From Paecilomyces variotii (taxonomy: Eukaryota), in the NCBI GenBank assembly GCA_004022145.1, contig RCNU01000003.1: 64,000 nucleotides of DNA, one strand, 5' to 3'. Under the pieces are notes generated by a model. It worked only from the letters and a program-made list of their open reading frames with translations. It did no database searches and was not told where the DNA came from. Position numbers and translations under genes: made by a program. Of the stretch, positions 11,571 to 25,067 are shown piece after piece. Numbering within the stretch: the first letter of the stretch is position 1; the number at the start of each line of letters is the position of its first letter.

Positions 11571-13860
11571 TCAGTGTGTGCCAAACTGCTTTGCATAAAT
11601 AGCTTCCGAATACAGGCCCAGCCGGATATTCCTCACTGCTGGTGTCTCTTACTATGATCAGGATTGTCCTCTCATGTATACGAATGCTGCTCCAACCGTC
11701 CATCTCGCAGAACTATTTACCCCGCTTGTGAACTGCTACGAGTTTGGCTCTGGACGTGGGACCTGGTGCCAATATCTACGAGATCGATGTTAGCACAGCA
11801 TCATACCACCAATCGTCTGGTAAGGTAAACCAGATTGCTAGTTCTTCCAGCTCCCGCGTCTCGTAGAGTAGATACATTATTAAACTAGCAGGGATATCTC
11901 CAATGTGTCTTTAAGGGCTGAGGATTCATAGTCAACTTGCCCCACAGACAGTTAAGGTCGCATTAGGAAGACCTTCCTATCCTTTGCAATAACTATTCAT
12001 CATTCCTGCATGCAAATATTAGATCTCTACCAATCTCGATAGACGAGTAGGCACGGAACATGGGGCATGAATGCTATGACTGTCTCAATCGCGTGCATTC
12101 CTGACATGGGGCAGTCGAGAGAGAAAAAGAGCGGCAGAAAGGGATGTTCCGACAGAGCCAATGTCATGCTACTTTCACGACTACTCAGGCAATTCGTTAT
12201 GTGATGATTTGTCTTTCCCTGGAGCTCCTCAGAAAAGGACTTGCCTTCTAGACTAAGACAGGCTTAGAAACCCGAGACCTCTAGAAAGTAAGATGCATCC
12301 ATCCATGGGTTATCTGACGAGGGGATCTGATACTCACGAAACAATATGCTTTCTTGTCATCGACATCGCATCTGTTAAGTACTTAGAACTACCCCACCAA
12401 AGCTCAAACCAGCCCCCGGACTCTAATAAAGCTTAATATGTATTTGCCGGGACTCCATGTGGGACTTTACCCCGTTTTGTACCGGACTGGCTGAGAGTAA
12501 TACAATGCACTACCTAGTTAGAATCAAACATCCGTGCTGAGCTCATCTTCCTCGCTGCCCCGGGACGAAGGGTACGCGTTTATCATGATTCTACGCAGTA
12601 GTTAGAGGCGATATTTCACGACTGGGTTGATGGGCCCGTTGATAAAGATACGGCACACTTAGGTAGTCCGGCCGCGGAGAAACATTCTCATAGACTAACT
12701 ACATCAACCATTCAACCCATTATTATGATGATTAACTTTGTCACAAGACTCATTCGAGAACCGATATGTTCTGAAACAAGTGGAGAGCCGGCCTAGAACT
12801 CTGCTATCTTTTTCCATGCGTTCGCACATTCAAGTTGTTTGTGGGCTGCTATGTCTTGCTCGTGGGCTTGAGTGATCATCTCAATATCAGTGCGGGGGAA
12901 GTGTTCTCCGATCTCGAGGGCCGTAAATAAATAATATTCCGCAAATTGAAAGTAGATCTTTCGTTCTGAATCGCGCAGATGAATGGAAGAAGTTTGTTGT
13001 ATTGGGTATCACTCTGGATATGTCCATGTATATATATATATTCCTTTCCGTTGAAAGATCGTCCATATCAGAAGAGGGAGTAGGGAATGAATCCTAGAGA
13101 ATGTCAATGTTCATTTGTATACTTCAGAGCTACTGGATTCATTCCTAAACTATAATAGTTTCTTATCACTGTAAATACTAGACGGGATCTTGGTTTTGTT
13201 TCACAAGTAAGCTCATAACTACTCATCATCAATGCAGAACCAGTTCTACCCGCGCGCAAGTTCCGGTCGTATCAATGCGTGATTAAAGGAGTTGTCATAC
13301 AGGGTCTAAAGAGTTCCGAGGCAGAGTCTGTTGAGGCGAGGCATCTGGAGATCGGGGATGCTGAAGCGTAGATCTAGTTGTTGGATGTTGGATGAATATA
13401 GGCTGGGCCGAGTTCATCTACAATGCCTGTCGACGGAGTGGATAGCTTATGCAGAAATTACAATACTAGCTTCAACCACGGAAAGCGACACAATAGAGCT
13501 GAAAATAGACATCTATTTATCTGTCGCTGATATCGACAATGATATGCATATGTACCCGGTTATTCTCGGAGATTTCTATAATGTGAATGAGAAGATATCG
13601 ACAGTCAGCACATGAAGACGCCACGCCATAGAAAACAACTGTAAACGCTCGTGCAGATCATAATCACGAAAACCCAAAAGCATATAATTGACTCCGTTCT
13701 CCATGTATTAGTATACTCGCTCCTTTATATTAACTCCTCAGTCGTAAATTCCGTAGCGCGTAGATCGAGATGAAATTAGTATCTTGCCCACTTGGCAATA
13801 CATGTCGATGCAAATAGCAGCCTGTCCCTGACACGATAGATAGGCAAGCGGAAGAGCAGC

Positions 13861-15253
13861 TTACGCAGTAAACATCAGCTTCAGTCTGCTAGATCTCTTT
13901 GGCTTTTCCTTGGGCTTCTTCTCCTTCGCGGAAACCTGAGAGTGTGCCTTCGAGGGCTCCCTCGAAGGTGCCCGCGAAGGAGCTTTTGAGGGAGCCTTTG
14001 AGGGGGCCTTTGAAGGAGCTTTCGAGTGAGCCCGGGATGGGGCTGAAGATGAAGAGTGGGCACTCGAATGTGCCTTTGAGCGATGCGAGCGCCGGGATCG
14101 GTGAGATGACGCCATCGACATATCGTCTTCATATCTGAACCTGGGGTCGCGGGACATGCCAGCAAGTGTAATATCGATGCCAGACATGGCTGCCGCCGTC
14201 GGAGTGATGAACTCCCCGTCAACGGAGGTGCCGACACTCTCCGCCTCCACGTCAGCCACGCCACGGCGCCAGACCTCTACACGGCTCAGGTTCTTCTCAT
14301 TGAGTTCGAACATCTGGTCCATTGGCTCTGCAACGGCCTGCTGGTCCTTGGGGATGTCGGCGCCAGCGCCAACGCCCGCACCTTGGATGCACTTGATGAT
14401 TTTATATCCGCCAAACATGACAATGGTCACACCGATACCAACGCCGGCAGCGATCAAGAACTGCGGACTTGCGAGCAGTGCGAACACTCCAGGCGCACTG
14501 GCCTTGAGACTGGTTAGCACACTCGGTGCCATCTTCGCGGCAATGTTGCTGATTTCAGCCAGAGTAAGCGCGACTGCAGCCATGGCATCAGGGTTTTTCT
14601 GCAGATGGGCCATAGTGGCTGTTGCACTGCGCTGGAGGCAGTCCGCCTCTTCAAGCAGCATCTTTGCCCTGTCGACTAGGCCATTTAATTCCTCTGCTTC
14701 GGGCGCTGGTCCACTCCGCGGGGCCAGCGCAAGCGCAGAAGGGTGAACTTCCCCGTACGCGAGATCCATATCGATGTGGGAATCCGAGTTATAGCGGCCT
14801 GCCACTGGTCTTGATTCCTTCACTCCAATATTTTGATCGCTGTAACGCCGCTGAAGATCCATTGCCTGTCCATATGGAGCCTGAGGGTCTTGTCCAGGGG
14901 CATCTTGTTCGAAGTGCGATCGGTGGTGGTGACTTCTCGGAGGATGGTGTGATCTCCTGCTCCTGCCACTCCTTCTCGATGCAGCTATGGAGCGCTCTTC
15001 ATCGATATGACAGGCCTCCAGGGCCTTCAGTGCCTGCTTTTCCGCAATGATTGCGTTCCGTTCGGCCCGGATTTCAGCCTTACGCTCGCGGTAGGCATCG
15101 CGGGCCTCCTTGAAGACGCCAAAGATATGTTTACTCTACGGATAAATCAGCACTGTTCCGCTCGCGATGCATGTTCTGAGATCTACTCACCGTGCTCACT
15201 ACCTTCCCAGACTTGTCCACCACCGATATGGTATGAGCGAAGTTGGCCGCCAT
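13861..15253 (-). CDS. Hypothetical protein with one predicted TM segment and C-terminal S-K/R-A-P repeats
   Basis: 333-aa ORF with hydrophobic LASPQFLIAAGVGIGVTIVMFGGYKII. Upstream exons are suggested by ATG at 15253 and a GTGAGT donor near 15190. The 5' structure is tentative. Confidence 0.7.
13945..14045 (-). repeat. Imperfect 12-bp coding tandem repeat (SKAP/SRAP/SKAH)
   Basis: Protein PSRAHSKAPSKAPSKAPSKAPSRAPSREPSKAH; plus-strand DNA units such as gaaggagctttt / gagggagccttt / gagggggccttt. Confidence 0.8.
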
Positions 15254-17795
15254 GGTCCTTAGCGGACTGCGAGGGAAATGCTGTCAGCTCAGCTCAGTTC
15301 AGCTCCCCGCAATGATCTGCCGTTCCACAAGTTCTAGTCTGCGCTCCAAAATAGGCCGATCGAGTCACACATCCAATGTGGTGGTCAGTGGGCGATCAAT
15401 AGTAACTCTGGAGTAACAGGGCGAAAAATGCTTGAAGAAAAAAATAGTCATGTCAACAGGAATTGCAGACTGCTGAGAGGTCTGAAATATGTCGAATCTG
15501 TCGAGATGATTCACTGTGAGGCAGGCTGCGTTGTTGGGTGAAACAAATGGTCGCGGTAAGGCATACAGCGGGTATTTGAACCGGTTCGGGAGTGACAGCG
15601 GTTAACGCTGCTCCTGGGTGGAGCGATGCAATTAGGGGGCTGGGATGCACCGGCGACGCTCCAGACAAAGCAGCGAACGGGAGGTGATTCCGGCGATGGT
15701 CTTACACTCCGTCGGTATGCTTTGAAGAGAAAAGGAAAAGGTGATAAAAGGAAGGCCAGCCTGTCCAAGGCATATTGGGTAGAAAAGTAGCCGGAGATCC
15801 GTGGAGAATGTTCGTTGTCGATTGCTGATTGCTTGATGCGAGGGACCGATAGTTAGCTGGCGGGCTGCAACGCACGACCAACAACCTAATGAAGGAGGCT
15901 CTGACCTGTGCTGGTTCGACAAAATGCGAGTCAATTGTCAGGGCTTCAGGATGATAGGAAGACGGACGTCCTGGCATTGACTGGCGGTGTCCTCCTGTGG
16001 CGCAGACAGTGTGTCCTGTTGTATCATTGGCTGAATGCCCGTATTGATCTGATCCCGACACTGTGGCTGGTGAGCTCACGGACCATGTGACAGCGACTGC
16101 GCCACAAGCGGTGAGGGATGATTTGCTTGTTCTTCTATGAATCAGAAAGGAATCTGATCCATAAAACACTAACTAATCGTTATTATTGTCTCTATTCGAT
16201 GCAGCCGCCCGCGCCAATATTCTTTCTCATGGCGTACAAGAACGAGTCCCGGTGGGTATCAGGGAAAACCAGTCAATCGCCCCGGGGCCGGGATCGGTCA
16301 CGATCTGAAGAAGATGGCCCTGCTTACTCTGCACTCTCGGTTTCCAGGCTTCTCGAAGCGCCTATTCTTGTCAGATGGCCAGAGCAACCCCGCAATCAGG
16401 TACCAATACAGTCTCTGCTTTGTCGTACACGAGCATCTGCTACACAGAACCACTGATCTCGGCCTCATAACCATGGCGCCTATCATGTATGTCACCACTG
16501 CGTAAGGACGTGGGCCTGATCGCAACAGAAGGGATCTCCCCCGAAGAAGAGTACAATTTCTGCAAGCACAGCTCCCCGCGGGGCAAGGGTAGACGCAGTA
16601 AGTGCGGATCTTGGTCTCCAAGAGCTGCTTGTCTCGCGGCTCGCCAGGTAGAGAGACCTGCGAATTCCTTCGACAGCAGGCCGTTGGTTATCTTCGACGG
16701 ATGCGCCATGCCCACGCCAACGGCTGCAGCTGAGGTGGCCATCGGGTTCACCTGCGCCCATGATTGTAGTCTAATTCAATGTTCCTGTTCTGTAGCTCGT
16801 AGGCATAGTCAAACACGCGATCTTCTTCAGGATTGAGGGAGTAATCCATCCTCTTGGAGCCATTATTGTGATCTGAGACAACTTGAGGGTGATACAAGAT
16901 ACTTTGCTGACGACAAAATTGTTCATTTGATCCGGTCCCCATTTGTCGACCGTGTTGTACTTATATCGAAGAAGGCGATGCCAACACGCCGTCACTGTTG
17001 AGGTGTTGAGTACTGCAACACCACCAACCAGCACGTGGCACCTGCTTGAACGAGCATCTATCTCGCCATTCCATTGTCTGAAGACATCATCTTCAAGGCA
17101 TGGGAGACAACAATGACTCGAATGCCAGCACGTCATCGGGGCCAAGACCCGCCCCTTATTCGACTTTCGTGGGAACCAAGGCAAGTGTCCCTGAGTCCTT
17201 TCAGTATCAGAGTGAGTTCGACCTGCGACCTGCGACATCTCTAGATCGTACAGTTTGCGGCCTTCTGTGGAGATCATCGAGCGATTCGGTCCATCCGGAG
17301 CTTCATCGGTCGCCGTTCACTTGTTCTTTTCTGCATCTAGCTTGCCCCTAGCTTGGCCTTCCAGAACACATCGTTAAAGACAGGGCTGACGGTCGATCCA
17401 TCTCAAACAGTAACCCGGCCTGTTGTCTGAACCGGAAGAAAGGTAACATGGGACGCTGTAAGTTTCTTCCGCTTCGTCTAACTGCTATTGTTCGCGATCT
17501 CTGGTCGTTTCCTGGGTGTACCAAACTTCACCCGGCGCACCGCCACATCCGAGACTGCGGGCTGGACCGTCAACCTCCAAGACTCCACTGTGACACACCA
17601 GACTATCTGTGCCAGTGTCGAAGAAATCAATCGATCAATATATAGCACTTTATCTGCTGTGCCGGATATCACTGGCCCGAGGTTGAAAGGGTGTCACAAG
17701 AAGCCACGCAGTCACGGGTGGCCGGGACCAGAACATCCAAAAACAAAAGAGCGACGGACCGTAGCTAAATAGCATTGCGCTGCCATCTGGCCGCG

Positions 17796-20700
17796 ATGAG
17801 TGATATAGTGGAATCGGACGGCACATCAGATCTCGAAGATCAGGCACAGGCCTGGGACAGTGACCAGCGATCTGCGCAAGGTCCTGTCTCCGAATACGAC
17901 CCAAATCCACGGCCACAGAATGAATGTGCTGTCGGCCATCGAGTCAAGGCTAGTCGCTCTGTCTTAGCTCTTGTGCTCGATGAAGAAAGTGTCTTTGCAG
18001 GCCTCCAAGGGGGCGATATCCTTGTTAGTTGAAGTTTGTCTTTCTGTGGTTTTAGGATGTATTTGACTGACTATCGGTGAAGGCTTGGTCATTGGAGACA
18101 TACGACTTGGTGCTTTCCGTGCATGCCCACAAGGAGAGTGTCCTTGGGCTCCACCTATCCGAAGACAGAGAATTGTTGTTCTCCAGTGGAGGAGACTCCG
18201 TGGTCAATGTGAGTTCTATCCCTTATGAGCGGCTCGCATGTCAAGTAACTCGAGTCGCAGGTCTGGTCTACGAGGACGTTTGAGCGCCTTTATTCGATTT
18301 ACTCACATCATGATGTGGGTGATATCTTCGCCGTAGTTTACTCGTCAGACTTGAAGACTGTCTACTGCGGCGGTCAAGATACTAGCCTCCAGGTATGCCT
18401 TCGTAATACGCATGAGAAAATAACATGTAGCTCTGACCCTCACAGTGGTGCAATCTATCACAAACAGAAGCGAACCAGGTGCTGGCTCCAGCCGCTCACC
18501 CGTCAAACAGAGCCCACAGATTCTTCGACTCTCGAGGCCCTGATGGTGCGGTGACTCCCCGTCCAGATGCAAGTCCTGGAGGCGCTCATTCAGTCAGTCA
18601 CGGCGGAAAGGTTTTGACTTTCAGGAGAGATCAGCACAAGCGATTCTCCCATCATGGCTACGTCTATTCCATGCTTCTTGTCAGAGGACTAGTAGAGTCC
18701 GCGCCGTCAGAGGAGGTTCTGCTGACTGGCTCTGGTGACGGCTCCGTCAAGCTGTGGCACCTGGGCCAGGGCTCGGATGGTGCGCCAGTTCAGTTTGCCA
18801 AACTACAGAATGGTAGTGACGCTGTTCTGTCAATAGCTGTGGAAGGCTCGTTTCTCTACTGTGGTCTTGCAGGAGGCATTTTGAACATTTGGAATCTGGA
18901 TTCCCACCAGCTGGTGAAGCGCATCGCGAAGCAGAGCGGAGATCTATGGGCTGTTGATATCATCAAGGGAATCACTATTAGTGGTGACTCAAATGGCATA
19001 GTCAAGGTATTACAGAGTTCTTTTAAGGCCCCCTCACACTGTTATACTAACTGGCCCAGAAATTTAACTCCAAATTTGAAGAGATCGGGTGTTGGGTGGC
19101 ACACGAAGGGACGATGCTCGCTTCCGCTGCCGGTGTCTTTAAAGACAGGCGTATTTACGCCACTGGTGGAAATGACAACACTGTGGCTATCTGGGACTTG
19201 ACCGACCATCCCGTTGATGAGGTAGAACTGGCCCCAATCAGCAACGGTAAGGATATATATCGTTTAAGCCCAATTCCATGGTATCTATTCTGACGCCTTG
19301 TACAGATGAAATGGTCAACAGCTTGGCAAAATTTGTATCCTTTAAGACGATCTCATCTAGTCCAAAGTTCGCGGGAGAGTGCAACCAAGGCGCAGCATTC
19401 CTCCGGCGTCACTGCAACTACCTGGGGGCCAAGACGAAACTCCTGGCCTCGGGGAAGGACACTAATCCTGTCGTCTATGCGAGATTCAGTGCTACTTCGC
19501 CACAGCCCGTACACAAGACGGTTCTTTTCTATGGTCATTACGATGTTGTCGGGGCTGATACGAATCGGCCGAAGTGGAGGTCGGATCCCTTCCAGCTGTC
19601 TTCAATCAACGGCTTCTTATATGGTCGAGGTGTCTCTGACAACAAAGGGCCTATTCTAGCGGCCTTGTATGGAGCCGCTGATCTAGCACGGCAAAAGAGT
19701 CTTGGCTGCGATGTTGTCTTCCTTATCGAGGGAGAAGAAGAATCGGGCTCGCAAGGGTTCCAAGAAACTGTGCGGAAACACAAGTCATTAATCGGGAGTG
19801 TTGATTGGATCTTGCTCGCCAACAGTTACTGGATTGATGACTACACACCATGTCTCACCTACGGACTGCGAGGCGTCGTCCACGCAAACTTGATTGTCAC
19901 AAGCGACCATCCTGACCTGCACAGTGGTATTGATGGTAGTTCTCTCCTGGATGAGCCGTTGAAGGATTTGACAATCCTCCTCAGTACTCTTGTCGGACCT
20001 AAAGGCCGGATCAACATTCCTGGATTCCATGATCCTGTGCTGCCTCTCACCGAGATTGAGAAGCAGCGCTACGATGCAATTGCGGAGGCACTGCTACCGA
20101 ACCACCCTGAGATCCCTGATAGCCAGGCCTTCACAAAATCACTCATGCATCGCTGGCGGGAGCCATCTCTGACTATCCACTCTGTCGATGTTCCTGGCAA
20201 CAAGAGTGCAACAACAACGATTTCGCGCAAGGCGAAAGCGAGCTTGTCGATCCGTATTGTCCCTAATCAAGACGCTGATCAGGTAGCGGCAAGCTTGACT
20301 GCCTATGCACAAGAGCAATTTGCTCTTCTGGACTCTCAGAATGATCTCACTGTCGAAATAACAGGGAAATCGGACCCTTGGCTGGGTGACCCTGACAACG
20401 AGATATTTGAGACCTTATCGGAGGCCATTACGGCCGCGTGGACACCTGACCACGACAACAAAAAGCACAACTATCCTCCTCTCGAGCGTGGCCGTGCTGC
20501 TCGAGCTGGTGGTAGCGAATTGCTGCGGACCGATTCATCCGACAGCATTGCGTCTCATATTGACCGCATCATCTATTCAACCACGACCTCATCTGCAGGG
20601 AAGGAGGCCTCGAGGAAACAATCCACCTCTGGTGCCACTATTCCCACTTCGTCGACTCTCGCCAGTAATTCCAACGGCGCCTCTACATCACTAGCTGAGA

Positions 20701-20993
20701 GCCAAGTATCCAATGGTCATAGTCTTGATACGCATCGGAAAGCGGACCCTGCCGTATCTGCTCGTGCTCCAGTCAAACCCATCTACATCCGCGAGGGAGG
20801 ATCCATCCCTACTATACGATTTCTAGAAAAAGAATTTGGAGCACCCGCAGCACATATGCCCTGTGGTCAAGCAAGTGACCATGCTCACCTTGACAATGAG
20901 CGACTGCGTGTGGAGAATCTGTACAAGAGCCGTGAGATTTTCCGCTCGGTGTTTGCAAAATTACCAACCAAATCAGCTGGACCGAGTTCATAA
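17796..20993 (+). CDS. DUG2: WD40-repeat + M20 peptidase-domain protein (Dug2, glutathione degradation complex)
   Basis: WD40 exons (TGSGDGSVKLW, TGGNDNTVAIWD) spliced to an M20 domain (YGHYDVV, GRGVSDNKGP, EGEEESGS, DLHSG, EGGSIP). Start codon uncertain. Confidence 0.9.
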
Positions 20994-21644
20994 GCTATCT
21001 AATTGGCGTTCGGGAGAGGGGGGGAGGGATGTGGGGGAAGTATGTAAGGGTGTACTTTAGGATGAGATAGAGGACCTGTTGTCAAAAATACTGGCAAGCA
21101 ATTTGTAGGCGTCGTTAGTTAACATCTGGCATTGGTGGATAGTTGGACGAGAACCAATGAGATAGGAACTTGAAGCGGCACACGTGTGTTTGTTTCAACA
21201 ACAAAATAAGATTCATCTACTATATCTTCCTCACCTCAACGTCAGTCATTCCTCGTCTTACCTTCGAGCTTGTAAGCGGAATACTTGATTCGAAGATCTC
21301 ACTGTGCCCGGCAATGCTTAAGACTTCCCAACCGGCACCGTTTACTGTATGTGATTACGATCGTAAGATGAAATATCATCAGGAGCTCAGAAGCATCGGT
21401 TAAGACAGTGTCAGTGTGGATCTCGAGAAGAGACTCCTTCTGGCTATGGATGGGGATCCGATATAAGGTTCCCGCGAATTTTCTTCGGCAAAAGAAAATA
21501 TCTGTAAATGAACGAGTCGCCATGGCAGAACACGACGCAGATGATTGATATGTTCTCTATGAGAGAAAGTATAGTACATACATGACACAAACTGGTCTCT
21601 TTACTGTTGACAGAATTCCGTGAAAATGCAACCAGAGATACGAC

Positions 21645-24600
21645 TCACCATATCCTCTTTGCGACCATTTCGTATCTTTTCACTCCTTCGATATCACCTC
21701 CGGTATCTTTGCCAGACTTATCTCTCTCTTCTCTTTCCCTCACTTTCTTCAGTCCTTCCGGGTCATCCGCGTAGATCCATCGCTTTTTGTCATCATCGAC
21801 CTCGACTACTCCCCATCCGCCAAGGCGTCTTCCGCCTTCAACGACGAACTCGCGACCCCGGGACGAAGAGGGGCCATTTCCTTGCGAAGATTTCTGTCCC
21901 GTGTTACTGTTTGCCGATCGGTAGAATTCATCCTGTTCTCTGACCTTCATGGCTTTATATCTTGACCGCGCAAAAGATAGCAGACAAATGCCAAGAGCGA
22001 GTTTGAAGATCAGGAGTACAGCGTAGCATGTGAGGACGATGATAACCGTGAAGACTGGGACCGATCTTGCGGGAGACGGTGTGGCATTAGCGATGACAGA
22101 CTGAAAGAGACTTGTTATATGGTTGATGGTATTCGGAATTGCAGTTTTGAGCGTGAATGGTGTCACGGATGGTGATGGAGAAGGAGCATAGTGTCTGTGT
22201 ATCGACGAAAGAGACGTTGTATCTGATGGAGTAGACGGCGGAAGCTGGGGCAACCACGCCGCAAGAAACATCTGATACGTTTGCACAGAAACACGGAAGA
22301 AGAGACAGGACAGAGGTATAACAGGTAAACCCAGTCGTCGAGTCAGGTTCTGGTCAGCAAAGGCGTTCGTGTAATAATCCTTGGCCAGAACGTCGAGGAA
22401 GCGGCTGTAGATTGCTGGACGAGTGTTGTTAAACTTGTTGATGTAAGCATGCTTCAGCCAATCCACAAGCATCTCGGAACCCAAGACCACGAGGAATGGT
22501 CCGAGCAATTGGCCCAGATTGGTCAAGAACGAATTTGCTCCAGTGAGGGATGAAAACAGAGAGGACGGGAATATGGTAAACGATTGGGGAAGAATCGATG
22601 ACGAGGACCGTGGCGGTGTTGAAACTGGCGTGCTGTTCGTACTTGCAGAGGGACCATTGCTAAAACCCGGCCCTATCGTGCCAAAGAAATTAAACGCCCT
22701 TGTCTCGATAATGTTCCGGGATGCAATGATGATCAGCATCAACCAGAGTTGAAATCGCTCCACAACGTCTGCACAGGTGAGCTGGAAGAGGTTTTCCTTC
22801 TCAAACTTCTTGAATACGGTCGATTTGATCTCAACGAACTGATTCGAAAGTAGAAGAGTGATCAGAGCGTTCGAATAAGAATTCACCGCTACATTAAGCG
22901 TGATGGCCTGGTAGAAGAGAGAAATCGCGTGAATGACGGTATACGCCAGCGCAATCAGGAATAGCCAGAATGGTCGAAAGACTTTACTCCTTCCATCGGG
23001 CTTCCGCTCTAGGGCCTCACGGGAGAAAAGACACTCCAGAACGTCTTGTCCTATGGCAGATAGAAGTCGGTCACTGACCTCCAGAACATTATAGATGACG
23101 TAGAGCTTGATGGCTGCCTGGCCTCGGATCCAGTGATATACCCTACTGGCATCGAAAAACATGAGAACACAACAGGTAGCGATCATAAGTAGCCCCTTTA
23201 GAATATCAGCTTTGTCATCTGGTAGCAACGCAGATGGGATCGACTTCTGCCTGCGATGCCTCGTGTTACCAGGTCGCCCTAGGCGCCGCGCATGATCCGG
23301 TTGCGGTATGTTAGATCGAGGTTTCGTCTCCCGGTCTGACAGAGAGGTATCTTGTTTCGCAGAGGAGCTGGCAGATACGCTTCTCGAGGGTGGTTCGTCT
23401 TCTCTGCCTCGTTGCTCAGATAGCTTTGCAGAAGCAGCTTCTCTTCTTCGTCGCCATACTCTTCCAACGCCTTTGATGACGAACCCGGAGATAAATTGAA
23501 CCTCCGCATAAAGGTTGACGGCCCATGAATGTGCCAGTATATAAAGAGCCTTGATGAAACGTAAAGGAAGTATCGTGAAAGAGTACAGCCACGAATCGAG
23601 ACACGCCAAGGCACCGAACCAGAGTACCTGCTCTAGGATTGGAGGTAGCATAAAGAAATTCTGCAATCTCTCGATTTTAACTCGAGAAGATTCGTAAGGA
23701 AAGTCGCTCGCCACAGACCGATGGATATACAACGGAGAGGGCCGACTGGAAGAAAGTTCTAACTGAAGGTACGTGGGTATGGAGAGCGGGGGAAGTGGAA
23801 TTGTCTGGGGCATCGGTGATGGATTAGGGTCGGCGATGTATGAAGGAAGGAGGTTATTTTTGTGCTCGATATCAATTCGATTGGGCGCTGATCGGTCATG
23901 CTTCGACCGTTGCGTCCAATTATGAGCGGGACGTTCATTGCCCACTGACGAGGTCCGTTGGCGTGTGGATGCTGGGGTCGAAATCGTCCGCGTTGTATGT
24001 GGACGATGTCGAACAGTCGAAGAACCTTGCGCGACCGAAGCGAAAAATTCAGGAGGTTCATCGAGATGAATTTCCTTCCTACTCTTTGTCTGCCAGGCTC
24101 TGTTGTCTGGTGTCCTCACCTCCTCCGGTGGCCGTTTGGAGGGGATGTGTTCCCCCTGTAATCCGTATTGTACTGTTCGCGATGGCAAAGACGGTGTATC
24201 GTGAATGTCCCCTTGTCCCTTATGGTGATCTGGTGACACTTTACGGTAAGGGATTGACTCAGGCGATGATGTGAGTTCTTGTATCTTTTCCGGGGAGAGC
24301 TTCAAGACCTTTTCTCTCTCACGAATTCGCCCTGGAGATGATTCTCGCCGAGGCCGGCTTGGACTTCCATTGACATCTGGGAAGCGGTCATCTTGCAACG
24401 ATGGAACTGCAGCGGCTTCCACTCCATTTTCTGTAAGAGTCGGGGACACAAGCCCTAGCCCAAGTGCTGAACCGTTGTCGGTATCCTTTTCCTCTATATC
24501 TGTCCCTGCATGCACATCCGATAGCCCATTACTCACTCTCGACGAATCCTGGCTTGTGGTGGAAAATTCAGCGTCCACACCAACGGATCTACCGCGAGCT

Positions 24601-25067
24601 CTTGGTGAGCCGTGAGGGGCCTCTCTGCGTCGTTTAGCAACGGTTATCTTGTCCTCGCCCGCCACCGGCGCAGAGTGAGAATCCAAGGGCGTGGTGAGAT
24701 CCCCCAGCACACTACCAGCTGACTGGAGAACAGCTTCCCTCTCAAGTTTATCCACATCCACATGCATCATATTTCTTCCGTCAGGTTGTACTCCATCATG
24801 CATATCGCGGTTCCTCGGAGACTCTGTCCCAACAACCTGCTGCGGTTCCGCTTGAAGTTGCGCCATCATCATTCCTCCATTCAGATTGTCTGCGGCGACG
24901 GTCGCCAAAATTCGCCCTCGAAGGTCTTCGAAGTGATCTTTATTGGGTACGGAGTCGTTATCGGCTTCGAGGCAGAGTTCCGGTGGAGGCGGTCTGGTAC
25001 TGCGATTCTCTTTGCGATGCTGGGTGAAAGACGGCAGCGGTGAGGGTGACTCGCTAGATGCGATCAT
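21645..25067 (-). CDS. EMP65: Emp65/TAPT1 (DUF747) ER membrane protein with long disordered N-terminus
   Basis: 1140-aa ORF with IRGQAAIKLYVIYNVLE, FVEIKSTVFKKFEKENLFQLTCADVVERF and DWLKHAYINKFN. Confidence 0.88.
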   Translation of the reverse strand: MIASSESPSPLPSFTQHRKENRSTRPPPPELCLEADNDSVPNKDHFEDLRGRILATVAADNLNGGMMMAQLQAEPQQVVGTESPRNRDMHDGVQPDGRNMMHVDVDKLEREAVLQSAGSVLGDLTTPLDSHSAPVAGEDKITVAKRRREAPHGSPRARGRSVGVDAEFSTTSQDSSRVSNGLSDVHAGTDIEEKDTDNGSALGLGLVSPTLTENGVEAAAVPSLQDDRFPDVNGSPSRPRRESSPGRIREREKVLKLSPEKIQELTSSPESIPYRKVSPDHHKGQGDIHDTPSLPSRTVQYGLQGEHIPSKRPPEEVRTPDNRAWQTKSRKEIHLDEPPEFFASVAQGSSTVRHRPHTTRTISTPASTRQRTSSVGNERPAHNWTQRSKHDRSAPNRIDIEHKNNLLPSYIADPNPSPMPQTIPLPPLSIPTYLQLELSSSRPSPLYIHRSVASDFPYESSRVKIERLQNFFMLPPILEQVLWFGALACLDSWLYSFTILPLRFIKALYILAHSWAVNLYAEVQFISGFVIKGVGRVWRRRREAASAKLSEQRGREDEPPSRSVSASSSAKQDTSLSDRETKPRSNIPQPDHARRLGRPGNTRHRRQKSIPSALLPDDKADILKGLLMIATCCVLMFFDASRVYHWIRGQAAIKLYVIYNVLEVSDRLLSAIGQDVLECLFSREALERKPDGRSKVFRPFWLFLIALAYTVIHAISLFYQAITLNVAVNSYSNALITLLLSNQFVEIKSTVFKKFEKENLFQLTCADVVERFQLWLMLIIIASRNIIETRAFNFFGTIGPGFSNGPSASTNSTPVSTPPRSSSSILPQSFTIFPSSLFSSLTGANSFLTNLGQLLGPFLVVLGSEMLVDWLKHAYINKFNNTRPAIYSRFLDVLAKDYYTNAFADQNLTRRLGLPVIPLSCLFFRVSVQTYQMFLAAWLPQLPPSTPSDTTSLSSIHRHYAPSPSPSVTPFTLKTAIPNTINHITSLFQSVIANATPSPARSVPVFTVIIVLTCYAVLLIFKLALGICLLSFARSRYKAMKVREQDEFYRSANSNTGQKSSQGNGPSSSRGREFVVEGGRRLGGWGVVEVDDDKKRWIYADDPEGLKKVREREERDKSGKDTGGDIEGVKRYEMVAKRIW

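Noticed and set aside
15453..17000. Many short overlapping ORFs between the hypothetical gene and DUG2
   Set aside because: No domain signal and no consistent splice model.
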